In this document: positions 56,453-64,000 of the stretch, piece by piece
How positions within the stretch are numbered: position 1 is the first letter of the stretch
Layout of the letters: each line of letters starts with the position of its first letter
DNA from: Gemmatimonadota bacterium
GTDB lineage: Bacteria; Gemmatimonadota; Gemmatimonadetes; Longimicrobiales; Gaopeijiaceae
Assembly (NCBI GenBank): GCA_039589315.1
Contig: JBDHHQ010000013.1
Coordinates: 64,001 to 128,000, forward strand
Direction of reading: 5' to 3'
Length of the DNA stretch: 64,000 nt
Program-made: the position numbers and the translations under genes
Notes under the pieces: generated by a model
Seen by the model: only the letters and a program-made list of their open reading frames with translations
The model's database searches: none
Told to the model about the DNA's origin: nothing

Positions 56453-57376
56453 ATGAAGATCTTCTACTGCGACCACTTCGTGCTTCCCCTCCCGGAGGAC
56501 CACCGGTTCCCCGTGGAGAAGTACGCCCGACTTCGGGTGCGGGTCATGCAGGGCAACCTCGTGGAGCGGGACGACCTGATCGTGCCGCAGCCCATCTCGG
56601 ACTGGGTGTTGGGGCGTGTGCACACGAGGGAGTACATCGAGAAGGTGAGGGACGGCACCCTTTCGAAGGACGAGATTCGACGGATCGGCTTCCCGTGGAG
56701 TCCGGCATTGGTGGAGCGCTCGCGGCGCTCGGTGGGCGGCACTCTGGCGGCGGCGTTCGCGGCCCTGGAGGACGGTTGGGCCGCCAACTTGGCGGGGGGC
56801 ACGCACCACGCCTTCCCCGACCGGGGTGAGGGGTTCTGCGTGTTCAACGACGTCGCGGTCGCCGCCCGGGAGATCCAGGCCGAGGGCCGGGCCCGCAACG
56901 TCTCGGTCTTCGATCTCGACGTCCATCAGGGCAACGGCACCGCGGCCATCTTCGCCAACGATCCCACGGTCTTCACGCTGTCCGTGCACGGCTCCGACAA
57001 CTTCCCGTTCAAGAAGGAAACGAGCGATCTCGACATCGAGCTCCCGGACGGCACGGGTGACGCCGACTACCTCGAAGCCGTTGAGCGAGGACTGGAGGCC
57101 GCGCTGCGCAGCCATCCCGATCTCGCCTTCTATGTCGCGGGGGCGGACCCGTACGAGGGCGACCGGCTTGGCCGCCTGGCCGTCAGCTTGGAGGGCCTCG
57201 CCCGACGAGACGAGCTCGTGTTCGACACCTGCAGGAAGGCTCGGGTTCCGGTGGCCATCGTCATGTCGGGTGGATACGCTCGGAACGTGAAGGACACCGT
57301 GGAGATCCACTACAACACAGTTCGCTCGGCGGCCCTTCGCTGCGCCGCCGCACATCCCGAATCCACGATAACGTGA
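56453..57376 (+). CDS. Histone deacetylase family protein
   Basis: HRFP, GGTHHA, GFCVFND, DLDVHQGNGT, GADP, GGY. Confidence 0.95.
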   Translation: MKIFYCDHFVLPLPEDHRFPVEKYARLRVRVMQGNLVERDDLIVPQPISDWVLGRVHTREYIEKVRDGTLSKDEIRRIGFPWSPALVERSRRSVGGTLAAAFAALEDGWAANLAGGTHHAFPDRGEGFCVFNDVAVAAREIQAEGRARNVSVFDLDVHQGNGTAAIFANDPTVFTLSVHGSDNFPFKKETSDLDIELPDGTGDADYLEAVERGLEAALRSHPDLAFYVAGADPYEGDRLGRLAVSLEGLARRDELVFDTCRKARVPVAIVMSGGYARNVKDTVEIHYNTVRSAALRCAAAHPESTIT

Positions 57377-58374
57377 CATCGACCACCGCCTTGCGCGCCC
57401 TGGAGCGCGCGCCCCGGACGCACCTCGCTCACACCCCCACCCCCCTCGCGGCCGCTCCCAACCTCGCGGCGACGCTCGGGCTCTCTGCCGATCGGGTCTG
57501 GCTGAAGCTCGACGACTACACCGGCTTCGCGTTGGGAGGCAACAAGGTCCGGAAGCTGGAGACCGAGCTGTCGCCCAAGCGCCTGGAGGGCGTCGACACG
57601 CTCATCACCTGCGGGGGCCCCCAATCCAACCATGCGAGGGTCGCCGCGGCCGCCGCTGCTCACCTCGGCCTCCGCTGCGTCCTGGTGGTCAACGGCACCA
57701 CTCCGGAGCCGCCAACCGGAAACGCTCGGCTTCACCGGCTTCTGACTCCCGAGATCGTGCCGGTGGAGCGGAGAGAGGACCGGGATGCCGCCATGGAACG
57801 TGCTCGAGCCCAGGTGGAGGCACGAGGCGGGAGGGCGCTGGTCGTCCCGATCGGGGCGTCCACGGGCCGGGGCGCACTGGGATACGCCCTGGCCATGGCG
57901 GAGTTGGACGGTCAGCTGGAGGGGAGGGCGGCCTGGGATCCGGCCGCGTCGTGGGTCTTCGTGGCCACATCGTCCGGCGGAACGCTGGCCGGGATGCTCC
58001 TGGGCGTGTCCATACTCGGTTGGCACGGACTCCGCCTCGTGGGCGTCAGCGCCGACGACCCGGCGGAGGAGGTGAAGGAGAAGGTCGTTCTGCACGCAAC
58101 CGAAGGCGCCCGGCTCGTCGGCTTCGAGGGCCCTTTGCTGTCCGATCAGGTCCTGGTGACCGACGCCTTCGTCGGAGAGGGGTACGGGATTCCGACGGCG
58201 GCCTCGGAGGCGGCCACGATGCTCTTGGCCCGATCCGAAGGCGTAATCCTGGACCCCACCTACACGGCCAAGGCCGCCGCGGCGATGGTGGAGTGGGCCC
58301 GGGGTGACGAGATGCGCAGCGACGATCGGGTCATCTTCTGGCACACGGGAGGGCATCCGGCCCTGCTGGCCTGA
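57373..58374 (+). CDS. D-cysteine desulfhydrase/ACC deaminase family PLP enzyme
   Basis: GGNKVRKL, QSNHAR, LDPTYTAK, FWHTGG. Confidence 0.92.
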   Translation: MTSTTALRALERAPRTHLAHTPTPLAAAPNLAATLGLSADRVWLKLDDYTGFALGGNKVRKLETELSPKRLEGVDTLITCGGPQSNHARVAAAAAAHLGLRCVLVVNGTTPEPPTGNARLHRLLTPEIVPVERREDRDAAMERARAQVEARGGRALVVPIGASTGRGALGYALAMAELDGQLEGRAAWDPAASWVFVATSSGGTLAGMLLGVSILGWHGLRLVGVSADDPAEEVKEKVVLHATEGARLVGFEGPLLSDQVLVTDAFVGEGYGIPTAASEAATMLLARSEGVILDPTYTAKAAAAMVEWARGDEMRSDDRVIFWHTGGHPALLA

Positions 58375-58652
58375 TCTCCGCCGCGTCGGCCGGCGCGGCC
58401 GAATCCCGGCAGCGGGCTGGGACCGCCCCGGACCACAGGTCCGTCCTGCCCCCCGAGCGGCCGTGGCCGCTGTCTCGCGAGGCCCACGCCGACCCAGCGC
58501 CGAGCAGCGCACCAGTGTGGTGCTGCAGAAGTCTGGTAGCTACCGAGGGGGCCGATGCGCCCGAGCCGGCAAGGCGCGGAGACGAGTAATAGCAGCGCTA
58601 TTGCGAGGAACCGCAACGCCGCCGGGCGGGATGCAGCGGCTCTCGAATAGCA

Positions 58653-59864
58653 CTAAGTGTCCACCGCCACCGAATAGCCCATCTCGTCCAGCACGCCGAT
58701 CACCTCGCCTACATGCTCCTGGCTACGGGTCTCCAGATGCATCAGGATCTCCACGTCCCCCACGGTGATGTCCGCGAACGACCGCCGGTGCGAGACCTCC
58801 AGCACGTTGGCGCCCGTGCCGGCCACGGCCCCCGTGAGGCGAGCGAGGAACCCGGGGCGATCCCGCCCCGTCACCAGGAGCCGGGCAGCCCGGCCATCCA
58901 TCACCAGGCCTCGGTCGATGATCCGGGAGACCATGTTGATGTCGATGTTGCCTCCCGCGAGAACCGCCACCACCCGCTCGCCCCGCGTGACGGGCAGCAC
59001 CCCGCTCAGCAGCGCGGCCAGGGGAACGGCGCCGGCTCCCTCCACCACAGTCTTCTGGCGCTCCAGCAGGAGCAGCACCGCGGACGCGATCTCGTTCTCG
59101 GAAACCTCGACGATCTCGTCGACGTAGGCTTCGATCAGGGGAAAGGTCACGTCGCCGACGCGTTTGACGGCGATCCCGTCGGCAATGGTCTCGCTGCTCT
59201 CGATCGTCACCGGCCGGCCCTGCTCGCGCGAGACGCGAGCTGACGGAGCAGCGGCGGCCTCAACGCCGTAGACCCGGACTTGGGGCCGCCGGCTCTTCAC
59301 GGCCAGCGCCGTTCCCGAGATCAGCCCACCCCCGCCGATGGGGACCACTACGGCGTCGAGATCGGGCACCTGCTCCAGGAGCTCCAGTCCCAGGGTCCCC
59401 TGCCCTGCCACGACGGCAGGGTCGTCGTAGGGGTGCACGAGCACCAGTCCTTCGTCGTGCTCGAGTGCGTGGGCGGTCTCCAGCGAGTCGGTCAAGGTGG
59501 CCCCTACCTGCAGGACCCGGGCGCCGTGACGGCCGGTGTTCATCACCTTGATGGTCGGCGTGGCCTCCGGCATGACCACCGTGACGGGAATGCCCAACCG
59601 TGTCGCGTGATAGGCCAGGGCCTGCGCATGATTGCCGGCGCTGGCTGCGACGACCCCCCGGGCTCGCTCCGCCTGGGACAACCGGGAGAGGCGATTCAGC
59701 GCGCCTCGGTCCTTGAAGGACCCGGTTCGCTGGTGGTTCTCGTACTTGAAGAACACCTGGCAATCCACGAGGTCGTCGAGGACGAGCGAGCGCTTGCAGG
59801 GGGTCATGACGATTTGGTCGCCGATCTGACCCCTGGCGTCCTCCACGTCGCGAATAGTGGGCAT
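58653..59864 (-). CDS. Threonine/serine ammonia-lyase with ACT domain
   Basis: TGSFKDRGA, SAGNHAQ, GGGGL, EGAGA, C-terminal DRPG ACT domain. Confidence 0.94.
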   Translation of the reverse strand: MPTIRDVEDARGQIGDQIVMTPCKRSLVLDDLVDCQVFFKYENHQRTGSFKDRGALNRLSRLSQAERARGVVAASAGNHAQALAYHATRLGIPVTVVMPEATPTIKVMNTGRHGARVLQVGATLTDSLETAHALEHDEGLVLVHPYDDPAVVAGQGTLGLELLEQVPDLDAVVVPIGGGGLISGTALAVKSRRPQVRVYGVEAAAAPSARVSREQGRPVTIESSETIADGIAVKRVGDVTFPLIEAYVDEIVEVSENEIASAVLLLLERQKTVVEGAGAVPLAALLSGVLPVTRGERVVAVLAGGNIDINMVSRIIDRGLVMDGRAARLLVTGRDRPGFLARLTGAVAGTGANVLEVSHRRSFADITVGDVEILMHLETRSQEHVGEVIGVLDEMGYSVAVDT

Positions 59865-59886
59865 GGTCCTGTGGACAGGTGTCCGC

Positions 59887-60294
59887 TCAGCGCCTTCGGT
59901 ATATGCCGATCTTGAGCGGCGGATCGATCCACCACTTGAAGTGAAGCCGGTTCTCTCCCTTCACGACCACCGATGCCTTCTTCTCGTGGGTCCGGGGCTG
60001 GTCCACCCCGCGCTGATTCTCGATGAGGATCACCTCCGCCTCGTCGAGCTGGCCATCCGCAGCCAGAAGCTGCCCCTCGAGCTTGTCGAGGAGCTCCCGC
60101 TCCACCTCGATCTGAACGTCCCCTTCGGCCCGGGCGGTGAGCTCCTGGCCGCCCGAGCGCTCGTACGCCGCTTCGAAATCCTCGGTGGAAATGGAAAGCT
60201 GGCTGTTTCGTCGAAAGCCTATGCTGTCGAGGGCAACGGCGTTGAAGGCGATGTCCACCGCCTCGATCTTGTTGCCGTACGTCCGTAGGATCAT
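59887..60294 (-). CDS. Hypothetical protein (135 aa)
   Basis: From MILRTYGNKIEAV; acidic globular composition; upstream of the ammonia-lyase. Confidence 0.78.
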   Translation of the reverse strand: MILRTYGNKIEAVDIAFNAVALDSIGFRRNSQLSISTEDFEAAYERSGGQELTARAEGDVQIEVERELLDKLEGQLLAADGQLDEAEVILIENQRGVDQPRTHEKKASVVVKGENRLHFKWWIDPPLKIGIYRRR

Positions 60295-60358
60295 GGGTCC
60301 CGGGGATGGTTGAACGTGAGAGGATAGCCGGCCCGCCGGATCGAGCGAGGGCCGTGGA

Positions 60359-61606
60359 CTAGTCGAACTTGAGTAGCTCCGCGAGCTCTTCGGGAGTGAG
60401 ATCCTGTCCGAGACGCGCACCCATCCCCCGTGATCGGAGCTTGGGGCCTGTCTTCTCCTCCCGCATGGACGTGCCGGCGTAATCATACTCTGGCAAGTGG
60501 ACCCGATCGAGAGGATGGCCCAGCCTGTACTCCAGGCTCTTCAGCGCCCCCAAATCCCCGGCCGTCACGAAGGTGACGGCGGTGCCGGTGGCGCCGGCTC
60601 GACCCGTGCGGCCGATCCGGTGCACGTAGTCCTCGGGATCCAACGGGATGTCGTAGTTGACCACATGGGAGATGCCTTCGACGTCCAGCCCGCGCTGGGC
60701 GATGTCCGTCGCCACGAGGACCCGGACCTTGCCGCTGGCGAATCGGTCCAGCGCCCGGGTCCGGTGCCTCATCTGGCGGTCCGAGTGCATCACGTCGGCC
60801 GACACCGCTGCCCGCTCCAGCCGCGTCTGAAGAGCGTCGGCGCCACGCTTGGTCCGGGTGAATACGAGCACGTGGTCCCACTCCGGCGTCTCGAGCAGCT
60901 CGAGCAGCAGGTCCGGCTTCCGGGACGGCTTGACGAAGTAGGCCAGCTGGGAGATGCCCTCGGCCGTGGTGCCGGAGGGTGTGGCCTCGAGCCACGCGGC
61001 GTCGTGAGTGATCCTCAGCGCCAGCGCGTGCACGCCGTGGGGCATGGTAGCGGAGAACAACATGGTCTGCCGCTTCCGTGGCATGGTCCTCATGATCGAC
61101 TCGATCTGAGGGCGGAATCCCATGTCCAGCATCCGATCCGCCTCGTCGAGGATCAGGAAGCGGACCCCCGAGAGGTCCACGTTCTTGCGCTGCAGGTGAT
61201 CCATGAACCGCCCGGGAGTGGCCACGATGACCTCGAAGCCCTGCTGGAGCGCGTCGATCTGCGGACCGTACTTCACGCCGCCGTAGATGGCCTCGCAGCG
61301 AATGCTGGTTCCCTTGGAGAGGGCCTTGGTGTCGTCGGCCACCTGCTGCGCCAGCTCCCGGGTGGGGCAGAGGATCAGGGCCTGCAACCCGGCGCCAGCG
61401 TTGATCCGCTCCAGGGTCGGAATCATGAACCCGGCCGTCTTACCGGTCCCGGTCTGGGCGATGCCCACCACGTCGGATCCGGCCATGGCCACGGGTATGG
61501 ACTTCTCCTGGATCGGTGTGGGCTCCGACCAGCCCAGAGCTTCCACGGCCGCAAGGACGGCCTCACTCAGATCCAGGTCCCGGAATTCCTTGGTGCCTTC
61601 GCTCAA
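60359..61606 (-). CDS. DEAD-box RNA helicase
   Basis: PTPIQ, AQTGTGKT, PTRELA, DEAD, SAT, HRIGRTGR; TTG start after GAGGGAG. Confidence 0.96.
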   Translation of the reverse strand: MSEGTKEFRDLDLSEAVLAAVEALGWSEPTPIQEKSIPVAMAGSDVVGIAQTGTGKTAGFMIPTLERINAGAGLQALILCPTRELAQQVADDTKALSKGTSIRCEAIYGGVKYGPQIDALQQGFEVIVATPGRFMDHLQRKNVDLSGVRFLILDEADRMLDMGFRPQIESIMRTMPRKRQTMLFSATMPHGVHALALRITHDAAWLEATPSGTTAEGISQLAYFVKPSRKPDLLLELLETPEWDHVLVFTRTKRGADALQTRLERAAVSADVMHSDRQMRHRTRALDRFASGKVRVLVATDIAQRGLDVEGISHVVNYDIPLDPEDYVHRIGRTGRAGATGTAVTFVTAGDLGALKSLEYRLGHPLDRVHLPEYDYAGTSMREEKTGPKLRSRGMGARLGQDLTPEELAELLKFD

Positions 61607-61859
61607 ACGCTCAGCTCCCTCTTGACCAGTCCGGCACGCCGGCCCACCGTCGCCACGCGTCGCGACCCAGGGGGGCCGGCAACGGTGCTCTCCGAGTTCG
61701 AGAGCGAGGGACCCCAACGAAAGCGCGGGGCCGTGGGTGCCGGCGAGTGGGTGTAGTGTAGCTGATTCCCGCGTCTCGACACAGTGGCCGCACATCTCGT
61801 GTGGTGCCTCGGAAGTCCCGTGGTCACCGAGAGCACAATACCTCAACACCCGGACGCCC

Positions 61860-62336
61860 ATGGAGATCTCGGTCCTGTTCGTCTGCCTCGGCAACATCTG
61901 CCGATCTCCCCTCGCCGAGGGCATCTTCCAGAGCCTCGTGGACGAGGCGGGTCTCTCTCATCTGTTCAAGGTGGATTCGGCGGGCACGGGCTCTTGGCAC
62001 GTCGGCGAGCCCCCCGACCCGAGAGCGCAGGGCGTCGCCCGGGAGAACGGCGTCCGCCTGCTGGGCAGGGCTCGACGCCTCGCGGCGGCCGATCTGGCGA
62101 CCTTCGACTGGGTCGTCGCCATGGACCGGAGCAATCGCAGTTCCATCGAGTCCCTGTCGGGCCCCTCGGACGCGGCGCGGATCCACCTGCTCAGGGAGTT
62201 CGACCCGGAAGCCGGTGATCCCGACGTGCCGGATCCCTACTACGGCGGCCCTGGCGGCTTCCAGGAAGTCTTCGACATCGTCGACCGCTCGTGCAGGGTG
62301 CTTCTGGACCACGTCCTCGAGGAGTCCGGGGATTGA
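61860..62336 (+). CDS. Low-molecular-weight protein-tyrosine phosphatase
   Basis: CLGNICRS, DSAGT, DPYY. Confidence 0.96.
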   Translation: MEISVLFVCLGNICRSPLAEGIFQSLVDEAGLSHLFKVDSAGTGSWHVGEPPDPRAQGVARENGVRLLGRARRLAAADLATFDWVVAMDRSNRSSIESLSGPSDAARIHLLREFDPEAGDPDVPDPYYGGPGGFQEVFDIVDRSCRVLLDHVLEESGD

Positions 62337-63250
62337 CCCACTCCGTACCGGCTGCGGTCAATCACGGCTTGATCCACCTCCTGGCCGAGCGGACGGGCCG
62401 CACCCCGACGCTGACCGGGTCCAGCTCGGTGACCGGCGGATGCATCAACTCGGCCGCGTGTGTCGACACCGACTCCGGCGACCGGGTGTTCGTGAAGTGG
62501 AACGCTCATGCGCCCGCTGACTTCTTTCGCCGAGAGGCCGAGGGACTGGAAGCCCTTGCCGCCACCGGACCGTTACGCATCCCCGAGGTCCTGGGTCTGT
62601 CCGCCCCGGGGTCCCCAGGCCCGCCGTGGCTGGCGCTGGAGTACGTGCCGTCGGGCCGCACGGACCGGCGATTCGACGAGTTGCTCGGCGCGGGACTGGG
62701 GGACCTCCATGCCCCATCCGCTTCGGTGAGCCGCTTTGGATGGGCCACAGACAACTACATCGGGTCCATCGAGCAGCCCAACGGCTGGGACGACGACTGG
62801 GCCGGCTTCTGGCGGGACCGGAGGCTGGCGTGTCAGCTGGAATCCGCGGCGACCCACTTCACGTCGTCCGACCGCACGGACTTCCACACCCTTTTCCGGG
62901 AGTTGGATGGACTGCTCGAGGCGGGAGGCGCCGAGGGATCTTCACTGCTCCACGGCGACCTCTGGAGCGGCAACGTCTATGCGGATAGCGAGGGTCAACC
63001 GGTCCTCATTGATCCGGCCGTTTACCGCGGCCACCGGGAGGTCGACCTTGCCATGTCGGAGCTATTCGGCGGGTTCGGGTCCCGCTTCTACGAGGCGTAC
63101 GGCGACGCCCGGCCCCTGTCTGAGGGCTATGCGGAATCGAGGAGGGCCGTCTACCAGCTCTACCCCCTCCTGGTCCACGTCAACCTCTTCGGCCAAGGGT
63201 ACGTGGACAGCGCGCGGCGAGCTCTCCGGAATGCCTTGGGCGCGGCATGA
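62333..63250 (+). CDS. Fructosamine kinase family protein
   Basis: GGCIN, FVK, DNYIG, LLHGDLWSGN, IDPA, HVNLFG; TTGA overlap with the phosphatase. Confidence 0.94.
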   Translation: MTHSVPAAVNHGLIHLLAERTGRTPTLTGSSSVTGGCINSAACVDTDSGDRVFVKWNAHAPADFFRREAEGLEALAATGPLRIPEVLGLSAPGSPGPPWLALEYVPSGRTDRRFDELLGAGLGDLHAPSASVSRFGWATDNYIGSIEQPNGWDDDWAGFWRDRRLACQLESAATHFTSSDRTDFHTLFRELDGLLEAGGAEGSSLLHGDLWSGNVYADSEGQPVLIDPAVYRGHREVDLAMSELFGGFGSRFYEAYGDARPLSEGYAESRRAVYQLYPLLVHVNLFGQGYVDSARRALRNALGAA

Positions 63251-63279
63251 CGAAGGTCTGCACCACGCCTGACGAGGAT

Positions 63280-63945
63280 TCAACCCACTTTCACGGCCAC
63301 GGCTAGCCCGTCACCGACGGGCAAGACGGTACCCGCAAGGCGGGACTCCCGGGCGAGGTGTTCGTTGAACGCCTGGATGCCGCGCGTGGCGTCGTCCTCG
63401 GCCTCCTCCAGCACTCTGCCGCTCCAGAAGGCGTTGTCCGCCAGGAGCAACCCCCCCGGCCGCAGGAGTCGGAGGGCTTCCTGGACGTAGCCTACGTAGC
63501 CCTCCTTGTCGGCGTCGAGAAACACCACGTCGAAGGAGCCATCGGGCCCGAGACGGGGGAGGAGCTCCCGGGCGTCGCCCACCCGCACGTCGACCGACTC
63601 GGACAGCCCGGCCCGGGCGACGAAGTCCCGTGCGAGCTCCGCGTGGCGGGGGTCCAGCTCGAGCGAGGTCAACCGGCCGTTCCGGGCCAGCGCCCGACCC
63701 ATCCAGATGGCGGAGTAGCCGCCCAGGGTCCCCACCTCCAGCACCCTTCTTCCCCCGGATGCCGCTACCAGGAGCTGCAGCAGGCGGCCCGTCGACGACG
63801 AAACCTGGATCTCGGGGAATCCGTGATCCTTCAGCGCCTGCCGCAACGCGACCAAAACGTCGTCCTCCTGCGCGAATCGCTCCTCGACGTATCGTTGCAG
63901 TGCGGCGATCAGCTCGTCTTCACCCTCGCAAGCCCTGTCGGTCAT
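63280..63945 (-). CDS. SAM-dependent O-methyltransferase (COMT/CCoAOMT type)
   Basis: LEVGTLGGYS, FLDADK, ADN motifs. Confidence 0.94.
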   Translation of the reverse strand: MTDRACEGEDELIAALQRYVEERFAQEDDVLVALRQALKDHGFPEIQVSSSTGRLLQLLVAASGGRRVLEVGTLGGYSAIWMGRALARNGRLTSLELDPRHAELARDFVARAGLSESVDVRVGDARELLPRLGPDGSFDVVFLDADKEGYVGYVQEALRLLRPGGLLLADNAFWSGRVLEEAEDDATRGIQAFNEHLARESRLAGTVLPVGDGLAVAVKVG

Positions 63946-64000
63946 CGAGCGCCTCAGGCCCCGGCCGCGCCGGCGCCAGTGACCGCCTCTGCCAGCCGAT

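Noticed and set aside
54068..57379. 1103-aa TBDR and 641-aa HDAC ORFs suggesting fusions or a large overlap
   Set aside because: Each extension is just the antisense of the other gene; real starts are near 56392 and 56453.
58260..58616. ORF with a signal-peptide-like start (MRFLAIALLLLVSA)
   Set aside because: The remainder is Arg/Gly/Pro-rich, has no SD and overlaps the desulfhydrase gene antisense.
36444..61810. Shared 11-mer GAGGCACCACA in two intergenic regions
   Set aside because: Matches of this length are expected by chance in 64 kb of GC-rich DNA.
1..64000. CRISPR arrays, tRNA/rRNA, IS elements, prophage or defence genes
   Set aside because: No regularly spaced repeats, RNA gene signatures, transposase, integrase or phage motifs seen by eye; a covariance-model scan would be needed to exclude short RNAs.

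Overview
High-GC (roughly 70% by eye) bacterial chromosomal window. The gene repertoire (GWxTD/TPR protein, PorX-like regulator, DUF3108, TonB-dependent receptor, Kdo kinase) suggests Gemmatimonadota; this is inference, not a database result. About 55 CDS, mostly housekeeping, metabolic and envelope genes: rpsU, thiolase and 3-hydroxybutyryl-CoA dehydrogenase, pilT, leuB-type dehydrogenase, an LPS/lipid A cluster, cyoE, serA, typA, a deoxyhypusine-synthase-like gene, a DtxR/MntR regulator, a TBDR, an HDAC, a DEAD-box helicase, and an LMW-PTP plus fructosamine kinase pair. I saw no rRNA, tRNA, CRISPR array, transposase or integrase. The best candidate for an undescribed system is at 357-4094. 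Three uncharacterised proteins share a ~78-aa domain A (LxxxYxxYxxxQ-x46/47-LxLPx[FY]xxWxxD[YF]x6Y). Two of them also share a domain B (RSVxY..TW..WRGY..TADIFxE), in swapped order (A alone, A-B, B-A). They cluster with a ribbon-helix-helix-like protein, a 430-bp AT-rich element, a candidate ~215-nt structured RNA and a GAF-like sensor gene. Other highlights: a run of three small membrane/lipoprotein ORFs (36616-37313, two absent from the ORF track) behind a 24-bp palindrome; an MshEN-domain pseudo-ATPase next to pilT; porX fused into an operon with msbA and lpxL; and an apparent ACG start for lpxL. Many start codons were refined relative to the ORF track.
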